Source: Macrostomum lignano
Lineage: Eukaryota
Length of the DNA stretch: 64,000 bases
Assembly: GCA_002269645.1 (NCBI GenBank)
Contig: NIVC01000080.1
Location: forward strand, 248,001 to 312,000
Direction: 5' to 3'
Part shown: positions 36,759-49,334 of the stretch, one piece after another
Position numbering within the stretch: the first letter of the stretch is position 1
Layout: every line of letters begins with the position of its first letter
Program-made: the position numbers and the translations under genes
The notes under the pieces: generated by a model
Seen by the model: the letters and a program-made list of their open reading frames with translations, nothing else
What the model was told of the DNA's origin: nothing
The model's database searches: none

Positions 36759-38723
36759 ATCTGCAGTCAATTATGATTTATGATAATCTGTTTATTGTGT
36801 ACGTTTAGCCCAATTGACACTGCCAATCAGCTTGCCAATCAGTTGCCAAAATCTAGCATGAGCTACTGAGAAGAAGAGATTCTATTGCTAAAAATTGTTT
36901 AAATATACCAGAGCAAAAACTCTGCACTTTGAGTTATTCAAATGAATAGATTAGAAAGACATAGGTAAATTTATGGAATAACTTCCACAAGCTACATTCA
37001 TTTTAAAAGATTAGTTAAAATGGCACTAAGCTGCTTGTTTAAAAACTCACTTTTTAATTGACAAAAAATGGTTTTACTATGCTAGTTTTTAGGCTATAAC
37101 TTTGACTATTGCATATTTTTCTTTGTTTTATTGCACCATTTTCTGTATTTATTAAAGATTCTATAGTAGGATGATTATGGGCAACATGGCACAATGTATT
37201 TAGCAACACCATCTTAAAATAAGGCAGTTCTCGTATCAATCTGGCTAACTCCTAAGCACATATATAATTGCACTAATGCGTAGAAACATATATTTATAAG
37301 GTATATGATAGCCCCATCCATATACTAAATAGACTTACTAATTATCATACATATACATATTCATTTTATGATATAATTAAATTAATATAATGTGGAATAA
37401 TATAAATAAATAATATAACTACCATATATATTCTTTATTTGTCAACACATTGACTTCATAACATAACAATTAAACTACAATTTTAGTCAATTCACCATGC
37501 ATAGAATCAAATTAAGGATAAGAGACAGTGAGAATCAGATATTGCTAAAGAGAATTGCTAAATTACATGCAAATCAAATTTTAGCAAATTTGCTTTCAAT
37601 TATCACAACAAATAATTCAATGCTGCTTTGAGTTCTTTGAACCCAATTGACAACATAAATTCCAATGGTAAGATTTCCAAGCAATGTTCCTATAGCATAT
37701 GCAGGCAGGCAAGTTGGGATATCCAGTTTGCACTTTGTGACCCTACTCAGCCTACCCACTTCTGTTTGCTTGAGCAAATCCCAATGCACACTCAATGAAC
37801 TGGAAATCTGAGCTCTGCTAGACAATAAGTAGATAAACATAGCCACCTTCTATTTTTCCATCATTTTTAAGTGGCTAACTAACAATAACTAGCTAGAGTT
37901 GCTTGCAATAGTTCCAAGCATCTATAATGATATTCTATATAGAAATAATAAATCTTACTATTTTTGTAGCTAGAGAAACATACAAATCCTAATATCCATT
38001 ATCCAAGATTTACAAGATATTATTTAGACAGATTCTATAGTAGGATAATGCTTATATGCTCTGGCTGAGAATAGTTACGTGACTACTATTCTGTCTAATA
38101 GCAAGTTATGCATGTTGACAATAGATACAGCCAAGTGAGTCTGTAGATTGTGCCAAACCATGCACAATTTAGTTTGTCTAGTAAAGCTTTCTACCTAGCT
38201 TGATAGCCTTTTAGAGTTATAATATGCATATGCTATTGCACTCTTGCTATAATTTGCAGTCACTTTACAGCTTTACAGTCACTTGTAACTATTTTTAGCA
38301 AACAGACAAGTGAGAACAAATAGACACAAGCAAAAATAGCAATATTAATATTTTTCACTTTATTTAGCAAGACTGATATGTTTTATCTTCTAGCCTATAA
38401 ATCTGACTAGACATTTTACCCCAAGATTTCAGTTATAAGATTATAACACTATCATGTCTAATTTTATGTTGATTTAGAATACATTGTTAATTTAGGCCTA
38501 ATATAAACCTTTGCTTTGTATAAATGGCATTTTATCTAACTTATTTGTTGAGCAATTTGTCTAAATAAATATTCTATATTGTTACATTTAAAAATAGCTT
38601 GATAGTTCAAGAAAAGTTTATTGAGGTTTCTAGAAAAAAAATCTTTTGTTTTCCTGACTTTATAGTAGTATTTTCTAAATTTCAATTTTATTTTAACCCT
38701 AATTGGACCAAGACATATTTATA

Positions 38724-40033
38724 CGAGGGTTGTTCGGAAAGTTTGTGGACAAACATGAACTATTGTTAAACAAGCAACAAAACTGAAAACCTTAGTCATC
38801 GACCTTCTCAATGTATGTGCCCTTGAGGCACACATACTTGTGCCAGCGCTCTGGTAGCTTTTTAATCCCTGCAGCAAAGAATTCTTTGGGGGTACTTCTG
38901 ACCCACTGGCTGACGGCAGAGGCTAGGGCCTGTATGCTGCCATAATGGTGACCCCGGAGTGACTCCTTCATCCGCCCAAACAGCCAGTAGTCGCTCGGTG
39001 CTAGGTCTGGCGAGTAGGGTGGGTGCGGCAGCAGCTCGAAGCCCAGGCTCTTGGCAGCCATTGTTGCTTGGCTGGTATGGGGCCTGGCGTTGTCCTGCTG
39101 CAGCAGGATCCCCCTGGTCAGCTTGCCCCAGTGCTCAGTCTTGATTGCTTGGCGCAACTTCTCCAGCACTCGGATGTAATAAGCACTGGTAATGGTAGTG
39201 CCACGTGGAAGCCAGTCGATGAGCAGGATGCCCTCCTTGTCCCAGAAGATGGTGGCCATCTGCTTTCCAGCCGATGGTGCAGCCAGGGCCTTCACTGGGG
39301 TGGGTTCTCCAGCTGCCTTCCAGACGCTGCTCTGCATCTTCGACTCTGGCTCACTGTAATGAATCCACGACTCATCCCCAGTCACAATTCGATCCAAAAA
39401 GTTCGGGTCGTTGTGGTAGGCCTGCAGGAGCTGCTGACATGCACGGACCTGCCCGCGCTGCTGATCATCTGTCAGAAGCTTCGGGACCCAACGAGCAACA
39501 ACTCGCGACATCCCAAGCTTGGCCATGAGAATTTCGTGAACTGCTGTGGGTGATATACCCACAGTCTCTGCCAGTTCACGCACGATGATCCGGTGGTCGA
39601 CATCAAGTGCCTGACGCACGCGCTCAATGTTGAACATGTTGACCATGGTGGCTGGCCTTCCACTGCATGGCAGATCTTCGACTGTCTCCCAGCCATCCTC
39701 AAACCGCTGCACCCACTTGCTGACCATCGACTTTGAAGGGGCATCTTCACCATATGCTGCATGCAACTCGCGAACAATGTCGGCCTGTCGCTTCCCTTCC
39801 TTCCATAAGAACTAAATTATGCTTTGCTTGGCTTCTTCATTTTTTTCCATAGTGCCAAAAACAGTGGGTAACTTAAAATGACTGCTGTAAAAAATAGCAT
39901 AAGCATATTTGATCGCACTACCATTAAAAGTTGTGGGACATAAGTGCTGTCTATGGTCTGAAGTATGGTGACTTAACTGTCTTTCGTTTGGAAAAAAAAT
40001 AAGTTTATCCACGAACTTGTCGAACAACCCTCG
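38724..40033 (-). mobile_element. Full-length mariner transposon (1,310 bp) with a defective transposase, 39850-38792
   Basis: 31-bp TIRs (CGAGGGTTGTTCG..., 27/31 identical) and TA duplications at 38722-23 and 40034-35. Motifs WVPK, IVTGDESW, QDNARPH and YSPDLAPSDY. In-frame TAG at codon 13 (39812-39814). Catalytic spacing is D33D, one residue short of mariner D34D. Confidence 0.96.
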
Positions 40034-40075
40034 TATTAATAACCTAATATAATTCTGTTGTCTGTGTACTCCATG

Positions 40076-40517
40076 GGCAATCTTTTACTTTACTACAATA
40101 AATTATTTTTGCATTTTCCCAAACTTTTCAGCCTATCTAATGACTGACAAATGGCTAGGAGGCCTAGAGCACTATGCTTAGGCCTGGATGGCAGGCCTAT
40201 AATGGCTTGCAGAATCATGTGGCTATCAATCACCGATGTCATTTTGTAGACCCCAATGACCTGAGCATCCATACAAACACTATTGAGAGGTCATGGGTAT
40301 GCGTCAAGGCCTATTTCAAGGCAATGCACAGTACTAGCAACATCCTATTTGATACCCACCTCAATGAGTACCTAGGCACTATCTTTTCTTGCAGCCAAAA
40401 GTGTGGGAACTTCCTATATTGGGTTAAGCACTACCATTGACTAATGACTTTATATGACTTTGTGAAGAGTTTGTAAAAATGCAAAAATAATTTAATACAA
40501 TAAAGTAAAAAATTGCC
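40076..40517 (+). mobile_element. Internally deleted Merlin (IS1595/ISXO2-like) DNA transposon
   Basis: About 52-bp imperfect TIRs starting GGCAAT and a degenerate 8-bp TSD (ACTCCATG / ACTCTATA). The internal fragment GWQAYNGL..INHRCHFVDP..HTNTIERSW...HLNEYL is the C-terminal half of an IS1595-family DDE domain. Confidence 0.85.
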
Positions 40518-40708
40518 ACTCTATAATATACTTTAATGATAACATATAAGTGCTAATATTACTATTAGGATTGTATACTAATATATACCAGAACAAAATT
40601 TGCTTCCTTAACTAAGCCAATATACGGAAATAAACTAATTGCATACAAAATTGCATACAAAAATATACTAGGCCTAGGCCTAAGATAGAAATAAATAAGA
40701 CAAGCTAT

Positions 40709-41847
40709 TAGTGTTCCGCCGCCGCGAGTTTTGACCTCCGTAACCGTAACCGTAGCTGTAAGAAAGAAGCAACTTCCGTAGCTGAATTTTGCTGTCATTA
40801 CGGGCTAAAAAAAGTCCATAACTGTAATTTGCCATAACCGTAGCCGTAATGTATAACAAAAATTGATATTTTTGCATGAAAAGTAGGGCAGACAGAAAAG
40901 GACAGATAAAAAGGATAAAAGGATAGCAATAAAACCTACTTGTTGTTCGTTCATGCATTAATATTCATTTATTTTTTCATAAATATAATATCTTTATCGA
41001 AGTATTCTATAGCATTGTTGTATGCAATTGTATGCTTGGTGCCTTTTTCAGTTTTCTGTGTCGTGATTCTGTTTTGTTTCGCTACAATATGAATATATGA
41101 CTGACGTGCCAAGGTCAATGTGTATGTTTAATATCATTAAATAAATATATGAATTTGTTCAAATAAAACTGCTTCAAAATTTCCGATGACTAAGAAATTG
41201 CATGTTACATTTTTCATTTTCATTTTATTGCATTGTCTATTGTATTGTCTTCTTTGGTTTCAATCAATTTTCAATCATAATTCATATTCTTATCCTATTA
41301 GTATTTATTTAGTATTTCCTTATTAATATTCTTTCATCCTTATCCTCATTATCTAAATCTAATATCCTATTTTTATGCTAAGGAGCTAAATGCTACATAT
41401 GGCTAAGAAATAAGAATGCCAGATTCTTAGTCTCTTGTAGGCTTTGACTGGCTCTCTCTGTCTCGCTGCTATCATGCTATCGCTATGCTATGCTATGCCG
41501 TATGCCTAATGAGAAAATTCGTGAAAAAATTCGTTTTTCATTTTCAAGAAGTTTCGTAGATATTTAGAAACTTAACAAATGTAAAAAATAATAATAACTA
41601 GTAAAACAAAATGAAAACTGGTTGAAGTTGATATAAAAAAATTCTTTTATAACACTAAACAGTTAAAAATAAATATTTTTTGTTACGGCTACCAATTATG
41701 GCAAGTCTAGAAAAATCTCCGTAATCCGTAACCGTAACTGTAAGCTCAAAATATGTCCGTAACCGTAATCCGTAATGAAAATACGGCTTCAAAAGTGTCG
41801 TAGCCGTAATTTGCCGTAGCTGTAGCCGTAATTACGGCGGAACACTA
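40709..41847. mobile_element. Non-autonomous hAT-type element (1,139 bp)
   Basis: 13-bp TIRs TAGTGTTCCGCCG / CGGCGGAACACTA, perfect 8-bp TSD CAAGCTAT (40701-40708 and 41848-41855), and subterminal clusters of CCGTAA/CCGTAG hexamers at both ends. Confidence 0.92.
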
Positions 41848-41946
41848 CAAGCTATATATTTTAATATTTTAGACTTGCAAATATTTTTAATCTTTGCAAA
41901 AAATTAAATAAAAACTTGTCTTATATTTTACTAAACTATGTTTTTT

Positions 41947-42330
41947 TAGAAAGCTTAATATCAACATTTGAATATGATTGCAATTTCTAACAACTAACTT
42001 GTTAGAAGCTTGTCTTAAGCTACCGCCCCTGATTCTGCCTTTTGATCACTGGACAAGAATTGTGTACATTTGGTTTAATTTTCAATCTCAATCTATAATT
42101 TTCTCTCCTACCTACCTATGTATGTTGTTAAAGCCAAGTTGTAATCAATTGTTTTCAATCTTACCCTCCTTACCTGTGTACATTGCAAAAACTAATATTT
42201 AATCAATCGTTTTCAATCTCACTTTCTCAAATTGTTCTAATAAAATCCTGACGATGCACCATGGCGTGCAAAATGCGTTGAAGTTGTTAGAAATTGCAAT
42301 CATATTCAAATGTTGATATTAAGCTTTCTA
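41947..42330. mobile_element. 384-bp MITE with perfect 49-bp TIRs
   Basis: TAGAAAGCTTAATATCAACATTTGAATATGATTGCAATTTCTAACAACT at 41947-41995 and its exact reverse complement at 42282-42330. The TSD could be TTT or TA. Confidence 0.9.
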
Positions 42331-44917
42331 TTTATTCTTCTCGCCAAGCGAGCGACTCTACCAACATATGTTTTTTTCAATTTTATTTTCATTTTTAATT
42401 TCTTAATAAATTGGATATAATTTTTAATTTTATTTTGGTAACTTTTGAAAACTATATAACTTTTGATCTAAATTTAGCTTTTTTATCTATGTATATAGAG
42501 ATGAAGACTATGCCAAACATTGACTTGGCCATAGTCCAGATCATGGCCTGTACATTAACCCTATTGGCGTACATTGGCATACAACCAAAAAATTGGGACC
42601 TACCTATTGGCGTGAGTGGCATACACGCTGCTGTTATTGCAACTTACAATGTAATGTACATAAACATTGGTATTTTTTAGGAATTTGCACGATAATTTAA
42701 AAAATGGAATTTATTTTAGAAATATATTCACTTTAACAAAATATATTCCCATCTATTGTTCTATTGAATAATTTTAATATTCTAATAAAACCTGCTGCTA
42801 GAGGCATAATATATATTTTACTTGCTTGCAGGATAACAGGGATACATATAACATAGGTGTAACTGTATTTAAATTGCGATATGCTCCATTTTTGGCGTAC
42901 AGTTAGGGGAAGGCAGAAAAAATTTGGCGTACATTGGCATACAAACTGTGGATCCATCAAGTTTTAGTTTGGCGTATACCCTAGGCCTACCATGATCCGG
43001 ACTATGGTGACTTGGTCATTTTTGTATACCAACTTTTGTTCACTGGTTGGGACCATATGCCCAATACCCATCTAACCTGTCCTAACTAGATAGGTCAAAT
43101 GGCCATCGGCCAACGTAAGTCACAAAATTGAAAATGCAAAAACAAAAAAATTGGGGAAGAAAGAAAGGAGAAGAAGATTAAAGGAAAAGAAAAGAAGGTG
43201 AAGAAAGAGAAGAGAAAGAGGAAAGAGAAAAAAAGAGAAAACAGCAAGAAAAGTCATATAAAATGAAAGTTAAATTGTAATTGGGGGAACTAAGTTGCAA
43301 TTGAGAGGAACTAAATCATAATTGGGATGAACTAAGTCACAAATCTGGAAAAACTAAGTTGCACTGGGGCCTGGGTGGGTGAAATTTTGAAGTTGGGCAT
43401 GTATTAGGCCTAGTTGAAACTTAGACTTTACTTTACTTGCTATTTTAGCCATCTTTGTATGCCCTACTTATATACCAAAGGGTATACTAATTGTCAGGCC
43501 CTAGCCCTACTATATGCTAATAGTAATGCCAAATCCTTTTTTGTATACTATCTGGAATCTGGTACAAATGTACATATATCAAGTTAAATACACATTAGTG
43601 GCACTTCATTAATCATTGGTTGGTAAGCCTAGTCATACTATAAGTGTAATTTTTGGCTTGCCACTTATAGGCTGCTTTCCAATTGTGTAACACTTCAATA
43701 TAAGGCTCAATTGCAGCCATTGGGTTGGTTATGGTTGGCAGCTGCTAGTAGGCCACAAGCATTTTTAGTAGGATAGAATTTTGAAATTTTATTTTTTAAA
43801 CTTGGAAGATGAGACCAAAGCAGACTGTGAGACTGGGTGGCAAGGTCAGGGCCACCTAGTCAGTTACTATATAGAAACTATGCACTATAAATTATCTTTA
43901 ACTAGACTAGGCCTATGCCACATATACTTATAGTTATAGGCCTAGGTTATTATTATAGTTGCTAGGCCTATATTTAGTGGTGAAGGCCTAGCCCTAAAAT
44001 AAAATAAAATAAATAGGTCTATATAGTATCTACTCGAATTAAATACAGTAAATAGAAACCCATAATTGAGTTACGTTACGACCATTAAAAAACAATTTAA
44101 AGGATAATTATATTTGACTATAACTGGAGCAGGCCTATTTATTTTCCTCTTCGTCTTTCTTCTCCGTAGGCCTATCCACTGGTCAGATGGTTCTGCTGAT
44201 CGGTATAGTAGTAGTAGTAGTAGTAAGTTTGGCTCAGGCAAAGAGCCTGTTTTGCCAATATGATTCGATGTATTAAACATTTGTTCAAAAGGTTGATTAT
44301 TTTTACAAGATCGCGATGTAAATTATATGAGTTACGAAGGCATTTGAAAGATCGTCTGGAATTTTTACGGTTTTTTCGAACGACTAACGACAAAAAACAT
44401 AACGACAAGATTTTAAGTTGGGAATAATAAAAAACAGATAGATGCAATTTAACGATTCATCTAAATGCGATTCAACAAAGGTAGTGTAATATTATTCTGT
44501 CAATATGGCAAACATCGAGTATAAGGATTTCTTTCAATAATAGGCGACTTTTTGTAAAGATATGCAGTATTTGAAAGCGCGTGATATGTAGATAGTGTAT
44601 TATGTTTTTGAAAAGTTGAGAGTTTCCGTAATAATCAAACAATACGTTTTAAAAGCTAAGGTTTTCAATTTTTAAGTCAGCATTTGAAACAAATTTTGAA
44701 GGTAAAGATTTATAAAACACAATAAATTGGGCACAAAAGTCACGAAGTTAAGGGATTGTCTTCGAATATGTCCGTATATTTTTGTTTAAACATTATAAAG
44801 ATAACAAAGCACACTCTGTCTGACTATTGTACATTACGATTTCAAAATATTATATTTGCGAGTAAATTGAATCTTGATGTTTGATTTAATACTAACCACT
44901 CACACTTATTTCAAAAG

Positions 44918-45112
44918 TCTGGCAGTCAAAATTTGCTGGCAGTCTCAAAAGTCGCTGGCAGCTCAAAAGTCGCTGGCAATCAAAAGTCTCTGGCAGTCGA
45001 AAGTGGCAGTCAAATTGTGGGGGATTTTTGGCAGTCAAATTGTGGGTAGTCAAACTTCTGGCAGTCAAAAGTCACTGGCAGTCAAAATCTGGCAGTCAAA
45101 AGTCGGTGACCC
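44918..45112. repeat. Short array of GGCAGTCAAAA-like subrepeats, possibly a single arm of a foldback element
   Basis: About 10 copies with irregular spacing, ending in GTCGGTGACCCC. No partner arm was seen. Confidence 0.6.
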
Positions 45113-45439
45113 CATAGAAAAGTTGAATTATTATACTCAAATACAACTCATGTACATAGCTCGTAGAACCACCAGGGCAAGAAATTCGAAGAATCATAAA
45201 GAATCTCAGGGCCCGTTTAAATGAATATTCTATCCACAGTTCCCACACTGTGCTGCTGCAGTACAGCTTGCGGGGAATATACCATTTATCCACTGATTTA
45301 TGTGAATAATACATGTAATTCTCCGGTAGCGGGTCAGAATTTAGGAGGCTTTTGAACAAAATTAGTCCTCGTATCTGGGTTGCGGAGATCAGCCCAGAGA
45401 GGAAAAGGGCGGTTGCTAATTTTTGTAGGTGTGCCAGCG

Positions 45440-45975
45440 AAAGTCGACGTCACAGGCGTCCACAGAGTGGTCGGACGGAAGGCACTTGGACCTAATATTG
45501 ATCACCTTTGGCCATGTGCTTTATGTGCTTCGGACAAAGCAGCCAGTCAAGGCGAGTGACACGCCCGTTGATACCTTAAAAGATGGGCAGCTTTAGCAGA
45601 ACGCTGCCGAAAGTAGCCATCAAGAAGAATCAGCTACTCCGAGGTGATGAAGTCGGTCAGGAAAGGAGAGTTGGCATTCAAACGTCCACATTGGTTCTTA
45701 ACCAGCTCGCCGTCAACCGCAAGGGGAGCATTGAAATCTTCCATAATGAAGAGAGCTAGCGTCGCGGTCCGGTAAAGAGCTGCAGATCTGTCTCAGAGTT
45801 CTGTAAAGATCGACGGTGGTCTCGCTGTCTTCACTCTTTTGCGGGCTAGTCGGTGCGTACACACAGATGAGATTGATCCGGCGGTCTTTCAGGGTAAAGG
45901 TCGCGCGGCCTATTCGGTCGTTGATAAAGCTGATGTCGAGAAGGGCAGCAACAGCAGCCCGTGGTTGTGGTAGCA
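45440..45975 (-). pseudogene. Decayed AP-endonuclease fragment of an RTE-like non-LTR retrotransposon
   Basis: ALLDISFINDRIGRATF and INLICVYAPTS, then across frameshifts EDFNAPL, RLDWLL and PSDH. Contains stops and frameshifts. No RT follows. Confidence 0.8.
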
Positions 45976-45989
45976 GCCTCTTCGCGGCG

Positions 45990-47480
45990 ACCCATGTCTC
46001 ATCCATTCTCTTCGATGGGACACGAATGCTACCCGTACAGGCCCCCACACCGGTCTCGGGTCTCGGACCCGGCCCGACGACAGTGGTGGCCGTGGAGTGC
46101 CTCGTTCCAACCTCAGCCAGTGCCTGCCATTGTCAACATCTGCAGCTGGCGCCTCAGCCGCTCCGGGGACATAGAGAGCAACCCAGGCCGCGGCCCTGCC
46201 GCCGCCTCTGCCCGCTGCGCCCTCTGCGCGCGGGCTCTGCGCTCCGGGGCCTCCGGTCTGACTTGCGCTGCCCCTCACTGCAATAACAGCTGCCACTGTC
46301 AACCCTCCTGCAGCAGAATCCAGCGTGCTCAGTCGTCTGCCACCTGCACCGGACCATCGTCGAACCCCCGCTCTCGGCCGAACCTACTGGGATCGTTGCC
46401 AGTGCACTTCCTGCTCCCATTGCGGCGGCCAACTCCGCAGGGGGAGCCACCTCCACTGTACAACTGACGGCTGGAGCGCGGCCTGTCACTGCGCTTGCAG
46501 CGAGTCCTCGCGGTACCGGTGCGACGCTTTTTGGCGGGGCCCGTCTCCGGGTGGCCGCGACCCGGACATCCTTCACGGACCGCCCGCGGCCTGTCTTGAC
46601 GGCCGCCCCTGCCGGCACCCCCCACCAACTGCTGTCTTTGCCACAAACGCATCCGGTCCAACACCGTGCCCCTCCGCTGTGTCACCTGCAGTCGTACCGC
46701 CCACAAAGCGTGCGCCGGGCTCCACCGGATCAAAGCCAACAACCCTGAGGCTCGGAATTGGCATTGCAAAAGCTGCGCGGGTTCCGCGGCCCCTCCTGCT
46801 GCGGCCCCGGCTACCCCAGCCGCCCCGCCGCCCAGCAGCTGGACAACTCCGCATCCTTTAATGGAACGCGGACGGCATTCGGACTAAGCTCTCCAAACTC
46901 GGCGCAGCGCTGGCCAATCTGGACATTGACGTAGCTGTCATCCAAGAAACTAAACTTCGGCCCCAGGACAACTTCAAACCGCCACATGGCTTTGCCGCTG
47001 TCCGCCTGGACCGCAGCGATGGGCGCGGGCCGGCGGGGGCCCCTCACGCTCATTAACCACCGGATACCTTTCTCGTCATTGCCACCCGCCGGCGCCAGTA
47101 ACGCCCTGGAAGTCCAATCGGTCTTTGTCGACACTGGCTGCCGCCGACGAGCCAGAGCCCACCTGGCGGCTGCTGCCAGCGGGCAGCCAGCGGGCTGGCT
47201 AATCTACGGCGCCTTTAACGCCCACTCCCCCCTGTGGGACCCTGTGCAGCCACCTGACGCCCCCGAAGAGTGGCTCCTGCACAACAACATGACCACCTGC
47301 AACGACGGCGCGGCGACCCACGTCAACCGCAACACCGGCGGGCTCAGCTCCCTGGACGTGAACATTGCTCATCCCCGGATGGCCAACTGCGCCGACTGGT
47401 CAGTCGGGGAGGATCTCGGCTCCGATCATCTGCCTATCGTGGTCCAGTTGCAGCTGTATGGTCGCCCGCCCGTCGTGGCC
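45990..47480 (+). mobile_element. 5' part of a decayed non-LTR retrotransposon (Ingi/I-like): 2A-like motif, three PHD-like fingers, AP endonuclease
   Basis: SGDIESNPG at 46162-46188. Cys/His clusters at about 46214, 46405 and 46630-46779, the last an intact C4HC3 PHD. APE motifs LRIL*WNADG, VIQETKL, GAFNAHSPLW, NDGAAT, SSLDV and GSDHLPI. Several stops and frameshifts. RT absent. The clade assignment is inference. Confidence 0.8.
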
Positions 47481-47499
47481 TCTCTCAACCGCCTCCGCC

Positions 47500-47760
47500 T
47501 CCGCTTCAGATGCGGAGCAGACCGCATCTGAAACTAACAAGACAGTGATGCAGCAGTACGACAAGTCCAAGAAAAGTCTGGACCGAATCAGAATTGGCTC
47601 GACTTTGGTTCTACAATACCCGACAACAAAGCTGTGGCAACGGAGGGATGTGGTGGTGGAGGTAGGCAAACACCGCGACTACCTGATCAAGCTAGCTAGT
47701 GGCCTAATACTACGGAGAAATCGTATCTGCATCCGGCCAACACTACCATGGAACGCCGAT
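47500..47760 (+). pseudogene. Gypsy-type LTR retrotransposon integrase C-terminal fragment
   Basis: QYDKSKKSLDRIRIGSTLVLQYPTTKLWQRRDVVVEVGKHRDYLIKLASGLILRRNRICIRP resembles the YD...W...V...R.Y.V...G...RRNR tail of Mag-like integrases. Confidence 0.65.
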
Positions 47761-49334
47761 GATCTGCAACAGGCGACTAACAAGCTGGTGGGTCAAGAAT
47801 GTACCAAGACGGACAATCATAGACTTGATCGGATCAGAGGCCACCGGAAAGACCTCGTGTTAGTGCCAGGTCAACAAAAAATATTCCGCCAATTCGGTTT
47901 CAGTACAGCCGACTGGGGCAGTCGAAAGTTCAGTTTCTCGAGTAAATAAGGAACAATGACTTTGTGTTGCTCCTTCCCGAGTTCTTGATGATGTTCCTAG
48001 AAATAGAACTCGCTGCTCCGGAAGTAGCTAGATAGCACCGTTGTACTACCTATCGATTTGCCTGAAATTGAACCTAAAACGTTAGCCTTAACTTGGTAGG
48101 GTTGCTGCCACCTTGGTGTGCGGACTCGACGCGTCGGCAGAGTTGTCTATCCGTCACCTGAAATAAAATAATGAAGTCGCTCGGAGCAAAGGCAAATCTG
48201 AAAAATGTCTCGACAGCCGATCGTCTTAGTAGATGCTGCTCGAACCTGAAAACCTGTAAAACCTGAAATGAGAGAGGAGAGCTCGGAGGAGGCTTCACGA
48301 GTCAGCCACGATGCTCCGCGAGACGACGCAGTCGAACGAAGACGCTCCTGCTACCCTAGCCAGATATGCAGCTCATGCAGTTATGCCTTGTGCATGTAAA
48401 GTCCGTCCACCAACCTGTTACGGCGGCGTTTTTGACAGGTTCGTGGTCACGTACACTGTATATCATCTTTATGTATCATTTTACGTGGTCAGGCAGCTTT
48501 AACGATTGAAAATTTCATCAAGGTTTCTGATTTTACTCCAGTAACTTCTGCAGTAGGGTATGCGAATATTTCCATGCGCTGCTTTCGTGTCTTCATGCAG
48601 CGACAGGGGAGAGGCGGTCTGAAAAGCGTGATGGACACCGTCCCATTAAGACGCCTGATGATTTAGTCATGCCATTATACGGAGCCTCTCCAGCTGTTTC
48701 CTTGATTTCAAGAAAATGAACTGACTGAGAAGGAAGGACGCATGATATGAATTTAGACTGAGTTGAGTTTTGCTGAGATTTTAGAAAATATGACGCGTGC
48801 TGATGTTGTTCGTCATTGCGTAAAATATTCATATTAAGGATCTCAACAATGGTAGTCCTCGACTCTCTTTATTACATCCTTTGCCCATTTGCCCCCTGTG
48901 AGCAGGAGATACTCGTACAGAGAAATATAAACGAATACGCGGATATGCCTGCCGGAATACAACTGCAATGCGTTTCACATTGCTTTCAAAATACAGAATA
49001 AGCTGGCTGAGTTAAAAGGCATAGCAAAAGAGATGAAAATGAACACGTATACGCTTTTTCTTATATTGGTGTGGGGTAGACAAATTCTGTACAGTCATGG
49101 TCTTCATTGTATGCTAATGGAGACGAAGAATGCAAACTGAAAGAGAAACGACGTACTTGAGGTTCAATCTTTTGGTTTTATTGTACAATACCGTGCAGTC
49201 ACGAGCAAACTTGTGCAGTCCCGACAACTCACTGCAGCAAATGCTGATGCATACACGCATGACTATATTAAAAAAACCTAGATTAACCACATCATCAGCC
49301 ACATCTAAAAGTCTATCGCGATTCTAATCTTAAA

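Noticed and set aside
46040-46130. HDV-like ribozyme at the LINE 5' end (GGA-GTGCCTCGT-TCC looks like P3/L3)
   Set aside because: No matching P1 or P2 pairing could be found on either strand.
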